This document shows, piece after piece, positions 1 to 8,958 of a DNA stretch of 64,000 bases. Source of the DNA: an uncultured delta proteobacterium (GTDB lineage: Bacteria; Desulfobacterota; Syntrophorhabdia; Syntrophorhabdales; WCHB1-27). The translations under genes and the position numbers were made by a program. The notes under the pieces were generated by a model. The model was given only the letters and a program-made list of their open reading frames with translations. It did no database searches and was not told the origin of the DNA. The stretch lies in the NCBI GenBank assembly GCA_963821605.1, contig CAWGEZ010000033.1:9645-73644 (forward strand). Direction: 5' to 3'. Numbering within the stretch: position 1 is the stretch's first letter; each line of letters begins with the position of its first letter.

Positions 1-66
1 AGTCTTGGCCTTAAGCTCGAGGAACAGGTTAGTCTTCTTTTTCTTGGGTGTTCCTTTAGAAGGCAT
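1..66 (-). CDS. first 22 codons of an unidentified gene that runs off the left edge
   Basis: Reverse-strand ATG at 66-64, then open to position 1 (MPSKGTPKKKKTNLFLELKAKT). Too short to classify. Confidence 0.2.
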   Translation of the reverse strand, partial: MPSKGTPKKKKTNLFLELKAKT

Positions 67-254
67 ACTAAATTTTAGCAGAAATTCCTTTGATTATCCA
101 CAGGTTTCACGCCGATCGCCGAACTTCATCATCCGACAGAACCCTTTCAATGGCGGAGTCGGGCAACTGCGATGTCCGACGTCCACGGTCTGCTGTTTGG
201 ATACGGTCAGAACAGCTGGTCCTGCAGCATATGAACGGCCAGGACCCTTGACAA

Positions 255-800
255 ATGGGCCTAAAAAAGATATTGTCATATGGCTTCATGGATCGGACGC
301 TTCTTCTCAATGCAACCTTTGAGCCGCTTGCTATCGTCTCCTGGAGAAAGGCGGTCACCCTCGTATTCCTGCAGAAAGTTGAGGTTTTGTCCGAGTACGA
401 GCGGGAGATCAAGAGTGTTTCGTCCAGCGTGAAGCTCCCCGCGGTGGTGAGACTGCTCAGATTTGTCCGGAATCACAGGAATGGCCTCAGATTCTCGAGG
501 CGCAATCTGTTGTTGCGCGATGACCATACGTGCCAGTACTGTGGAAAGAGGTTCGACCCGAAATTCCTCACGTGCGACCACATCATTCCGAGGTCACGGG
601 GCGGCACCACTGAATGGACAAACATAGTCACTTCATGTATATACTGCAACCTGAAGAAGGGCGATAAGCTGCCGGAAGAGGGCGACATGTATCCGCGCAA
701 GAGACCGGGGAAGCCGGACAGTTTTTATATTCTCAGGCTGAATATGGGTGTGAAAGTGCTGCCTGAACCCTGGAAAGCTTATACGTTCTCTGGAGAGTGA
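255..800 (+). CDS. HNH endonuclease (small stand-alone HNH/McrA-type nuclease)
   Basis: ORF 255-800 with Cys/His nuclease core CQYCGKRF..CDHIIPRSRGGTTEWTNIVTSCIYCNLKKG. The likely real start is MDRTLL at 288. Confidence 0.8.
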   Translation: MGLKKILSYGFMDRTLLLNATFEPLAIVSWRKAVTLVFLQKVEVLSEYEREIKSVSSSVKLPAVVRLLRFVRNHRNGLRFSRRNLLLRDDHTCQYCGKRFDPKFLTCDHIIPRSRGGTTEWTNIVTSCIYCNLKKGDKLPEEGDMYPRKRPGKPDSFYILRLNMGVKVLPEPWKAYTFSGE

Positions 801-801
801 G

Positions 802-1296
802 ATGAAAAGCTTGTGGGCACCATGGAGGATGGAGTACATAAGGAGCAGCAAGCCAGCGGACCAGACCGGGTGCTTCTTATGCGTGGATAAGGCGGACGAG
901 GAGAAGGCGCTTGTGGTCGGGAGACGCGGCAAGGCTTTTGTGATCATGAATAAGTTCCCTTATGCAAATGGTCACGTGATGGTCGTGCCTGAGAGACACG
1001 TGGGGAGGCTCGAAGCTTTGACGGATGAAGAGCTTCTCGATATGATCGGCCTCGTGAAGATATGCTCGACGCTGCTCAGCCGCGAACTTGACGCTGAAGG
1101 CCTTAACGTTGGCATCAACATGGGCCGGGCTGCTGGTGCGGGACTGGAGGAGCACATACATATCCATATTGTACCCCGCTGGTTTGGTGACACAAACTTT
1201 ATGCCCATTCTGGGAGAGACTAAGGTGATTTCGGAACACCTGCAAGAGACATACGAAAAGCTCAGGGCAAGTTTTCTCAATACCAATTTGGTATGA
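802..1296 (+). CDS. HIT (histidine triad) family protein
   Basis: ORF 802-1296 with histidine-triad motif EEHIHIHIVPR. It starts 1 nt after the HNH stop. Confidence 0.85.
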   Translation: MKSLWAPWRMEYIRSSKPADQTGCFLCVDKADEEKALVVGRRGKAFVIMNKFPYANGHVMVVPERHVGRLEALTDEELLDMIGLVKICSTLLSRELDAEGLNVGINMGRAAGAGLEEHIHIHIVPRWFGDTNFMPILGETKVISEHLQETYEKLRASFLNTNLV

Positions 1297-2042
1297 GGCA
1301 GTTCTTTGATTCCTCCCCCCCGTTGCTACTACCCGCTGATCTAGTCCGCACCTTTACGGGAAAGAAGGCGGAAGATCTTGCCCTTCCGAAACGAGCCATC
1401 ATCGTGGTGAGCAGCACCGATCTCCGTTCCCTTCGACAAAACCTGAGCGCGGGGCTTCTGGATACCTGGGCCCCTTTTCGCCGTATCTACAGGCTCGGTG
1501 AAAAGGAAATGATTTTGACCAGGTCGTGGTATGGCGGACCCAACATCGCGTCTCTCATTGAAGAACTCTCTGCCTTCGGTGTCCGTGAATTCTGTCTCTG
1601 GGGCTACCTGGGCGGCATCAGTCCAGGCATTTCTGTCGGCGACATCGTCATTGCCACCGGGGCTCTCAGGGATGAGGGTGTATCATATCACTATATCGAT
1701 GATGGAGAGGATACGGTCTATTCGGAGTGGGCGCAAGAGTGGAGCTTGCACCCGAATTGTAAGGAGTTTGGAACGGGCATTGTCTGGAGCTGTGATGCCA
1801 TCTATCGTGAGACCCGTCAGAAGCTTGATACGTGCAGGCGCAAGGGTGTGCTGGGTGTTGAGATGGAAGTAGCGTCGTTCTATGCGGTCTGCCAAGCAAA
1901 GGGGCTCAAAGGTGTGGCTTTTCTTGTGGTGTCTGACCTGTTCAAGGACGACGGAACCTGGGTACCAGGCTTTTTTACGCCGGAGTTCTCCACAGGCGCA
2001 AAACGGCTCGGCGCGTTTCTGCAGGAACATGCGATAGTGTAG
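1293..2042 (+). CDS. nucleoside phosphorylase family protein (PNP/UDP family 1)
   Basis: ORF 1293-2042. The GVLGVEMEVASFYAVC..VAFLVVSDL block is typical of the purine/uridine phosphorylase fold. ATGA start/stop overlap with the HIT gene. Confidence 0.7.
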   Translation: MRQFFDSSPPLLLPADLVRTFTGKKAEDLALPKRAIIVVSSTDLRSLRQNLSAGLLDTWAPFRRIYRLGEKEMILTRSWYGGPNIASLIEELSAFGVREFCLWGYLGGISPGISVGDIVIATGALRDEGVSYHYIDDGEDTVYSEWAQEWSLHPNCKEFGTGIVWSCDAIYRETRQKLDTCRRKGVLGVEMEVASFYAVCQAKGLKGVAFLVVSDLFKDDGTWVPGFFTPEFSTGAKRLGAFLQEHAIV

Positions 2043-2236
2043 TCGAACGACCGTCCATACGGGACTAGGCCGACCGTTCGCTGCGCTCACTAGGAAGATC
2101 GCCCACTTCGTTCGCTAGGAAGATGGAAGATTAAAGCGCGAAAGCAACAATAGAATAGAGGTGTTAGAGATTTTATGCTTCCTAGTCGCACCCGGGGGCG
2201 TGACGATCTTCCTAGCGAAGCGGTCTTCCCTCTTCC
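2043..2236. repeat. intergenic repeat module related to the CCTTACAGGATGCT element family (copy F, lacks the motif itself)
   Basis: 14-bp perfect inverted repeat ttcgctaggaagat (2111-2124) / atcttcctagcgaa (2206-2219), with a third ctaggaagatc at 2090-2100. The right end cttcctagcgaagcggtcttccctcttcc recurs inverted at 32755-32800. Confidence 0.6.
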
Positions 2237-3230
2237 CTCTGATTTTGCTCATGCAGTATCCGTTGCAGGACCCGAAAGAACTGCGCATTGTCGGGGTGGG
2301 AACGGAAGGGCAGCGCCACATGCTGGTTCCCCTGTGCATCGCCGTATTCGTCGATAAGCACCCCTCTGGTGAAGAAGAGGTCTTTGAGGCCCGAGATCTC
2401 CGGTCGCACCTGCAAGAAGAAACCCCAGGGCGTTGCTAACGGTTTGATCCGCTCCAACCTCTGAAACTTCTTCAACGCGTATGCGCTCTCCGCAGACAGA
2501 AATTCGGCGGTTCTCCTTCGATACCCTTTATCTTTGAGTGAGGCCAGGGCGGCAAAGGGTGCCAGGCTGTTCAGAGGCCACGGTCCCATACGTTGACGGA
2601 GTTCGCGAAAGAAGCGCCGGATCGCCGATAGCGTAGCCCAGCCGCAAGCCGGCCAGCGCGTGGTAAGAAGAGAACGTCCTGAGGATGATCGCCCGCCCGG
2701 CCCGGACAACCTGCCGGACCTGGGACGGGTTATCGGTGAAATCTCTCAGTGTTTCGTCTATGATGAGGGGCTTGTCCAACTCCGCCGAGGTGCGGGCTAG
2801 GTCGATAATCAGGTCGTCAGGAAGAATAGTACCTGTCGGATTATGAGGATTGAGGATAAATGCAGCGCCTGCATCACGCCAACAGCCCCTGAACGCTTCA
2901 AGACTCATCGTAAACCCTTGCCCGGGATCGAGAGGAAAATGGCGTATCTCTACGTGCTGCTTTTGCAGAATCTCCTCATATGCGTGCGGGAAGGGCGAAG
3001 GCAATAGTGCGCTTGCCGGGGTCAGGGTTTGCAGAAGAAGAGTAAGGATATGGGACGCGCCACTGCCGAGAAGCAGCTGCTCTTCTGCTATGCCCTCTCG
3101 TGCTGCACAGATAGCGTGTCAAAAAGTGGGTTTGCGGCAGGCGGTCTACTCTTCTTATCTCCCTGCGCATGACGTGACGCGCCTTGTTGGAGGGTCCGAT
3201 AGGATTGGAGATGAAGGTAAAGTCGATCAC
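2212..3230 (-). pseudogene. class I/II aminotransferase (CobD/HisC-like), split over three frames
   Basis: Reverse ORFs 2976-3230, 2528-3004 and 2212-2709 read as one enzyme: IDFTFISNPIGPS / FILNPHNPTGT..LIIDETLRDF..ILRTFSSYHALAGLRLGY / GPWPLNSLAPFAALASL. The last codons fall inside repeat F. Confidence 0.7.
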
Positions 3231-3288
3231 TCTTTGCGTACCTGCCTTGTTGGCGCGCCTCGATGATGATTCATGTTCCGCACAATTT

Positions 3289-3495
3289 CACGTTACAAGT
3301 TTACGAGTTCCGCGTTGCGAGTTAACAACTTTCAAGCAGGCACCTCGACCGCCTTGCAGCTTTCTTAACGCTGTAACCCGTAACTCGCAGCTCGTATCTC
3401 ACAATACGCTTTTGTTTTTCAAACCCGTAACCCGTAACGTCCGTAACGGATTCTTTAACACTATACACTAATCACTATCCACTGAACACTAAATC
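3289..3495. repeat. low-complexity 'word' tract (cgtaac / acccgtaac / cacta units) upstream of rarA
   Basis: Contains cacgttacaag..gcgagttaac..gtaacccgtaactcgc..acccgtaacccgtaacgtccgtaacgg..cactatacactaatcactatccactgaacactaaatc. Similar word tracts occur at 34981-35030 and 45181-45250. Confidence 0.5.
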
Positions 3496-3575
3496 TGTTT
3501 CAGGGCCTGCTTTGAGGGCGCTGGCATGCGTCTCCTGGAAAAAGGCGCTGTAAGCTGGTATATTGTAAGGGAGTT

Positions 3576-4889
3576 ATGGAGCTATTTGAGCAAGAGTTTG
3601 TGAAGAAGGAGCTGAAGAAGCCCCTCGCTGACAGGATGCGGCCGAAAACCCTTGAAGAGTTTGTCGGTCAGGAACACCTGATGGGCGAGGGAAAACTCCT
3701 CAAGACGCTGCTCGATCGGCAGGATATCCCTAGCCTGATATTCTGGGGACCCTCGGGAACCGGTAAGACGAGCCTCGGATTCCTGATCGGAAGGGCTCTC
3801 CGGCTGCCCTTCGTGGCGCTCAGCGCGGTCAATATCGGCATCAAAGAGGTAAAGGATGTCATTCAAAAAGCGAAGCATCAGAAACTTATCCTCTTCATCG
3901 ACGAATTTCACAGGTTTAATAAACTTCAGCAAGACACGTTCCTCCCTCACGTCGAGAGTGGGGAGGTCATACTGATCGGAGCCACGACGGAGAACCCCTC
4001 CTTTGAGATCATCGCTCCCCTCATTTCCCGCATGAGAGTTGTTACGCTCAACCCGCTTACTGACAAGGACATAGAAAAGATAGTGAAGAGGGCGCTGCAG
4101 GAGGACAGCGAACTTGCCGGCCTTCCGCCCGTGATCAGTGATGATGTGCTCGAGGAGCTCTGTTCCCTCGCCATGGGAGACGCCAGGAAGGCCCTCAATC
4201 TGCTGGAGGTCTGTTACAAAATGGCATCTCAGAGAAACCGGAAGGCCCCGGTGATTGACCATGCGATAGTACGGGAAGGCTACCAGAAGAAGATCCTGAT
4301 CTATGACAAAAAGGGTGAGTATCACTATGATCTCATAAGCGCCCTGCACAAGAGCCTCAGGGGATCTGATCCTGATGCTTCGCTTTACTGGCTGGCCCGG
4401 ATGATAGAATCGGGCGAGGATCCGCTTTACATAGCCAGGCGCATGGTGAGATTCGCCTCTGAGGATGTAGGCAATGCCGACCCCTTTGCGTTGTCACTTA
4501 CCATGTCGTGTATGGAAGCATTCAATTTCATCGGCCCGCCTGAGGGATACCTGGCCCTTGCGCAAGCGGCTGTGTACCTCGCCCTTGCGGAGAAGAGTAA
4601 CGCCATTTACAGTGCATACGGCCAGGCTGAGCGGGATGTGCGCGATTTCCCGGAATGCCCGGTGCCTCTGCATCTTCGCAACGCACCAACAAAGTTGATG
4701 AAAGAGCTTGGCTACGCCCACGGCTATTTGTATCCCCATGATTTCGAAGGCGGCATCGTGAAACAGGAGTATATGCCTGAAAAACTGCAGGGCAGGACCT
4801 ACTACCACCCTACGGATCGCGGCCACGAAAGGAAGCTGAAAGAGTTTCTCGAAAGAGTGAAGAAGGTGCATGCACCTGAAGGAGCGTGA
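3576..4889 (+). CDS. rarA: replication-associated recombination protein A (AAA+ ATPase RarA/MgsA)
   Basis: 437-aa ORF with RPKTLEEFVGQEHL..FWGPSGTGKTS Walker A and the C-terminal MgsA helical region (YWLARMIESGEDPLYIARR). Confidence 0.9.
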   Translation: MELFEQEFVKKELKKPLADRMRPKTLEEFVGQEHLMGEGKLLKTLLDRQDIPSLIFWGPSGTGKTSLGFLIGRALRLPFVALSAVNIGIKEVKDVIQKAKHQKLILFIDEFHRFNKLQQDTFLPHVESGEVILIGATTENPSFEIIAPLISRMRVVTLNPLTDKDIEKIVKRALQEDSELAGLPPVISDDVLEELCSLAMGDARKALNLLEVCYKMASQRNRKAPVIDHAIVREGYQKKILIYDKKGEYHYDLISALHKSLRGSDPDASLYWLARMIESGEDPLYIARRMVRFASEDVGNADPFALSLTMSCMEAFNFIGPPEGYLALAQAAVYLALAEKSNAIYSAYGQAERDVRDFPECPVPLHLRNAPTKLMKELGYAHGYLYPHDFEGGIVKQEYMPEKLQGRTYYHPTDRGHERKLKEFLERVKKVHAPEGA

Positions 4890-4914
4890 GCTGCGTGATG
4901 TGTGAAAAGAGTCT

Positions 4915-5868
4915 ATGAAAAAGCTCTTTGTCAAAGACCTGGTCCGGGATACGGATGTAAACGATTACTTCATAGTCGTCAGGAAGGGCACCTATCTCAG
5001 CAGGAACAATACGAAATATATGACACTTCGCTTGAAGGATCGAACAGGCTCTATTGAAGGGAGAGTCTGGGAGCGGGTGGACGAACTGGGGGCGGGTTTC
5101 GAACGTAACGATCTGGTCTACGTTGAATCAAGGGCGAAGATGTACCAGGAGTCGCTGCAGCTGAACGTGACCAACGTACGGAAAGTGGAGCAGGAGCTTT
5201 CAGGTGAAGAGCTGAAGGAGTTTTACCCGGAGAGCGACTCGGGAAACAGCGAGCTGCAGAAGGCCTTCTTTGGTCTGGTTTCGGGATTGAAAAATCCTCA
5301 TCTCCAGGCTCTTTTTGCTGAATTGGTGAAAAGGAAGGATCTTCTGGAGAGATTCTTTTTCCTCCCGGCTTCCATCGGGGTGCATCACGTCTATATCGGC
5401 GGCCTCCTGGAGCACTCCGTGAATCTCGCCATCATGGCAAAAGGGATCGCACCGTTGACAAAGACGGATGAGGACTTGCTCGTCTCGGGAAGCCTGCTCC
5501 ATGATATCGGAAAGGTGGAAGAACTGACGATCAAAGGTGGGTTCGGTTTTTCGGACAAAGGGAGACTTCTCGGTCACATAACGCTCGGTATCATGCTTTG
5601 TGACGGGCTGATCGCGAATATCGACGGGTTTCCGGACTATCTTGGTGACATAGTGAAGCACATCATATTGAGTCATCACGGGGAAGCTGAATGGGGATCG
5701 CCCAAAAAGCCAATGTGCCTGGAGGCACTGGTGATACACTATCTGGATAATCTCGACGCCAAGGTCGTCGGCGTGAGAGAGCATATGCAAGAAAACATGG
5801 ATGATGAAACATGGACGCAGTATCACAAGCTATTTGAATCGCGGTTTTACAAGCTTCCTGAAAGGTGA
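4915..5868 (+). CDS. yhaM: HD-domain 3'-5' exoribonuclease, YhaM-like (OB fold plus HD)
   Basis: 317-aa ORF with an N-terminal OB-fold-like region and the HD region GGLLEHS..LLHDIGK..ILSHHG. Confidence 0.7.
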   Translation: MKKLFVKDLVRDTDVNDYFIVVRKGTYLSRNNTKYMTLRLKDRTGSIEGRVWERVDELGAGFERNDLVYVESRAKMYQESLQLNVTNVRKVEQELSGEELKEFYPESDSGNSELQKAFFGLVSGLKNPHLQALFAELVKRKDLLERFFFLPASIGVHHVYIGGLLEHSVNLAIMAKGIAPLTKTDEDLLVSGSLLHDIGKVEELTIKGGFGFSDKGRLLGHITLGIMLCDGLIANIDGFPDYLGDIVKHIILSHHGEAEWGSPKKPMCLEALVIHYLDNLDAKVVGVREHMQENMDDETWTQYHKLFESRFYKLPER

Positions 5869-5871
5869 ACC

Positions 5872-6609
5872 ATGGAAATAAGAAGAATTTTTGTTGACAA
5901 GCTTAAGATGAAGAATGGCATGGTGGTCGTGACGGGACCGTATCAGAAGTATATTGTCACCGTTCTCAGGAAAGATGTCGGGGAGCGTGTCGACGTGATC
6001 GACGGGAAGGGCTATCTTTACCGTTGCGTCGTAAGCGGCATCAAGGGGAAGGAGCTCTACCTGCAGGTTGTGGATGTGGTACACCATCCCGAGGAGAAGA
6101 GACCCAAGGTAACGCTCTTGGTTAGTCCGGTCAAAGGGCCGCGGATGGACTGGCTCGTTGAGAAGGCAACGGAACTCGGGGTTGAGCGGATCGTGCCCAC
6201 GCTCTTTAAGAGGACTGTTGTCAAGATGGACAATGGACACATGGTGAAGCCGGAGAGATGGAGAAAGATCTGTATCGAGGCATCCCGCCAGTGCGGACGT
6301 TTTTCCGTCCCCGAGGTCACGGAGCCGGTCCCTCTGCGAGGAATCCTGTCGTACATGGACCGCTTCAAACACAGATGGCTCTTGTACGAAAAAGAGAGGA
6401 AGCAGACGATCCGTGACGTTATGACCCCGCAAGTTAAGGGCGAGATATGCGTGGCTGTGGGACCGGAAGGAGGCTTTGAGGAGGGCGAGGTTGCCTGGCT
6501 CCAAGAGCAAAACTTCATGCCCTTGACGCTGGGTGAGAACATTCTCAGAACGGAGACAACACCACTCGTCGTGCTCTCCATCATTTTTTATGAGCTGAAC
6601 ACGCGATGA
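5872..6609 (+). CDS. rsmE: 16S rRNA (uracil1498-N3)-methyltransferase
   Basis: 245-aa ORF with a RsmE-type layout: KGPRMDWLVEKATELGV and C-terminal GPEGGF..EE....LGENILRTETT. Confidence 0.85.
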   Translation: MEIRRIFVDKLKMKNGMVVVTGPYQKYIVTVLRKDVGERVDVIDGKGYLYRCVVSGIKGKELYLQVVDVVHHPEEKRPKVTLLVSPVKGPRMDWLVEKATELGVERIVPTLFKRTVVKMDNGHMVKPERWRKICIEASRQCGRFSVPEVTEPVPLRGILSYMDRFKHRWLLYEKERKQTIRDVMTPQVKGEICVAVGPEGGFEEGEVAWLQEQNFMPLTLGENILRTETTPLVVLSIIFYELNTR

Positions 6610-7047
6610 CCAGAGCATCAAGTTTTGCAAGGCTTTTTGCTTTTGTGGTCGATCTGTTCTTTCTTTTCATGGTGCATCTCCTTCTCTTTGCGGCAGCCCT
6701 CGGCGGGCACGCCCTCTGGAGCGAGTCTACTTCCGCTCCTTTTCGCCAGACTTATAGAGTTTTCCCCGGTGCTGACATTCGCTTTTGTTTTTGTGGTACT
6801 GTACTACTTCACGTATCTTACGGCCGATGGGGAGCAGACGATCGGGAAGAGCATTTTCGGAATCCGCGTTGTTACAAAAGACGGAGAAAATCTGGGACGG
6901 GTCTGGGCTTGTGTCCGGTGCTTCTGCTACTGGATTTCCGCGGTTCCCTTTTTCCTCGGTTTCTTGATGGCATTTGTTTTCAGAGGGCATGCATTGCATG
7001 ATATTCTGTGCAGGACGATGGTTGTAAAGGTGCAGGATGACTGGTAA
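6606..7047 (+). CDS. RDD family membrane protein (1 frame change in this assembly)
   Basis: The N-terminus MTRASSFARLFAFVVDLFFLF lies in frame of ORF 6606-7001 (ATGA overlap with the rsmE stop). The remainder, TIGKSIFGIRVVTKDGENLG..HDILCRTMVV, lies in ORF 6625-7047. Confidence 0.65.
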
Positions 7048-7088
7048 CCAGAAAGGAAAAGCCGGTTGCGGCTGTCTTCTTCTTCGTT

Positions 7089-7877
7089 GTGGTCGTCTGC
7101 ATGGTGCTCGCGGCGCTTCTGGTCCACCCTTTCTCTCTCAGGATGCTCACAGGTCTTCTGATCTATCAGGATAAGATGGTCCCGTGCGATGCCCTTTTAG
7201 TGCCCCGATTCCTCGAAGATAAGAACGGCGAGCTGTACCAGGAAGCCTTCAGGGAATTCTGGGCAGGCAACGGCAAGGTAATCTACGTGGAGGACGATCA
7301 GGTTCTGGGCATCAGCGTCAGAGAGATCGTCGCGAGGATGGCAAAGCAGCGCGGCGTCAAAGAAGACGTCGTAAAGAAGCTGGAGTTCGGCTCTGAGGAC
7401 AAGGCCGCTGTGAAGAAGATGAAAGAAGGGCTGGCACAGCTTGGCGTCAAAAGGGCGATCCTGATTGTACCTGAGTATGCATCCGAGAGATTCCATTTAC
7501 TCTTCGGCTCCCCAGGGGCGGATGAGAGGACGATCTTCCTCGTAAAGCCGGTTACCGTCTCCTATTTCAAGAGAGAAAAATGGTGGGCAAATGAATTCTC
7601 ACGGGCAGCCTTACAGCGTGAGCTGTATGCCCTTGGCTCATTCTACTTCAGCCGGTTCAAGTATGGCCCCAAGAGTGAAGAAACAGGAAAAGATAAAGCA
7701 GGGTCCTTACAGGATGCTCCCTTATCCTTACAGGATGCTGCGCTAAGGTCACGGGATGCTTCCAATGCTGATGGGGTCCTAGGGGCCTGGGTCCAGATGA
7801 ACCGGACCGACCATAAAGGCCGGAAAAACGAAATAGACCAGACAGACCATATAGACCAAATAGACTATATGGACTAG
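7089..7877 (+). CDS. DUF218/YdcF-ElyC-like protein; the C-terminal ~60 codons read through repeat and low-complexity DNA
   Basis: 262-aa ORF. Its central region (GVKRAILIVPEYASERFHLLF) resembles DUF218. The tail SLQDAPLSLQDAAL.. is encoded by two CCTTACAGGATGCT motifs. Confidence 0.45.
   Translation: MVVCMVLAALLVHPFSLRMLTGLLIYQDKMVPCDALLVPRFLEDKNGELYQEAFREFWAGNGKVIYVEDDQVLGISVREIVARMAKQRGVKEDVVKKLEFGSEDKAAVKKMKEGLAQLGVKRAILIVPEYASERFHLLFGSPGADERTIFLVKPVTVSYFKREKWWANEFSRAALQRELYALGSFYFSRFKYGPKSEETGKDKAGSLQDAPLSLQDAALRSRDASNADGVLGAWVQMNRTDHKGRKNEIDQTDHIDQIDYMD
7701..7760. repeat. two tandem CCTTACAGGATGCT motifs (copy H)
   Basis: ccttacaggatgct occurs at 7704-7717 and 7725-7738, followed by gggatgcttcc. 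Confidence 0.7.
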
Positions 7878-7895
7878 ACACAAGATAGATCAAAT

Positions 7896-8951
7896 ATGGA
7901 AGAATCTTTAGCCATTCTTGGCCTGGTTAGGATGCCGGGCGTATCTTATGAGAGGAAGAAGGAGATCCTTGAAGGATCGGAAACCGTTGCGTCGCTATTC
8001 GAAGGGAAGGGGAAGGCTGGCGATCCGAAGCTCCGGCAAAGAATAGGCTCATTTAGAGGCCTTAGAACGATCGAGGACGAGCTGGCTAAGCTGCGGGAGA
8101 TGGATGTACAGATCGTCTCGCTGCGTGAGGCCTCATATCCGCCGCAGCTTAAGCGCATCCCTGATCCTCCGCTGGCCCTTTATCTCAAGGGTTCGCTCTC
8201 CCTGCACGATCAGACGATGGCCATTGTTGGTTCGAGGAAGGCCACCTTCGAGGGCTTGAACCTCGCGGAACGCATCGCCGAAACCCTTTCATCCCTTGGT
8301 GTCACTGTCGTTAGCGGTTTTGCGAGAGGTGTGGATTCGTCCGCACACAGAGGTGCTCTCAAGGGGAGAGGGAAGACGGTGGCGGTTTTCGGATGCGGCA
8401 TCGACATCTGTTATCCCGCCGAAAATAAGCATCTCTATGAAAAGGTGGCAGCGGACGGGCTCCTTCTCACGGAATACGCACCGGGGACCCGCCCCTTGGC
8501 ACACCATTTTCCCGCGCGGAACCGTATAATCGCAGGTCTTTCCAGAGGTGTGCTGGTGATCGAGGCGTCCTCAAGGAGCGGCTCTCTTATTACGGCGCGG
8601 CTTGCCCTGGAATATGGCAGAGAGGTGCTGGCAGTGCCGGGCAGGGTATTCGATGAAGAGTATAAAGGGGCGAACAACCTCATCAAACAGGGAGCGAGAC
8701 TGGTAGAGGGTATGGAAGACATCATCGCGTCCTGCTTTCCGGGGCTGCACGTGAAAAGAGAAGAGAAACTTGCTATAGATGAAGAGGAAGATTATATTTA
8801 TTCGCTGATGGGGCTCAATAGAATTCATGTGGATGAGCTCGCGGCGAAAAGCGGGAAGGAGATCCGGCATCTTCTTGTCCTGATGACCCGGCTAGAAATG
8901 AAGGACCTGATCCGGCCGCTGCCGGGCGGGTTTTATTTAAGGAAGGTGTGA
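7896..8951 (+). CDS. dprA: DNA-processing protein DprA (Smf)
   Basis: 351-aa ORF with the Rossmann-like DprA core IVGSRKAT..VVSGFARGVDSSAHRGAL..TVAVFGCGID..YP..N. Confidence 0.9.
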   Translation: MEESLAILGLVRMPGVSYERKKEILEGSETVASLFEGKGKAGDPKLRQRIGSFRGLRTIEDELAKLREMDVQIVSLREASYPPQLKRIPDPPLALYLKGSLSLHDQTMAIVGSRKATFEGLNLAERIAETLSSLGVTVVSGFARGVDSSAHRGALKGRGKTVAVFGCGIDICYPAENKHLYEKVAADGLLLTEYAPGTRPLAHHFPARNRIIAGLSRGVLVIEASSRSGSLITARLALEYGREVLAVPGRVFDEEYKGANNLIKQGARLVEGMEDIIASCFPGLHVKREEKLAIDEEEDYIYSLMGLNRIHVDELAAKSGKEIRHLLVLMTRLEMKDLIRPLPGGFYLRKV

Positions 8952-8958
8952 TAGGCGT

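Noticed and set aside
5-412. ORFs 5-322 (+), 94-279 (-) and 107-412 (-) at the left edge
   Set aside because: They are mutually overlapping with no motifs. The region is the divergent promoter gap between the left-edge gene (start at 66, reverse strand) and the HNH gene.
255-800. HNH nuclease (and the NYN nuclease at 37292-38330) as parts of a phage-defence island
   Set aside because: Both sit among housekeeping genes (HIT, phosphorylase; TRAP operon) with no partner ATPase, methylase, helicase or other defence-type genes nearby. There is no support beyond the presence of a nuclease domain.
3289-3495. Possible CRISPR array or tandem repeat in the low-complexity tracts (also 38993-39256 and 45181-45250)
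   Set aside because: There is no constant direct repeat of 25-40 nt separated by unique spacers, no fixed period, and no cas genes in the window.
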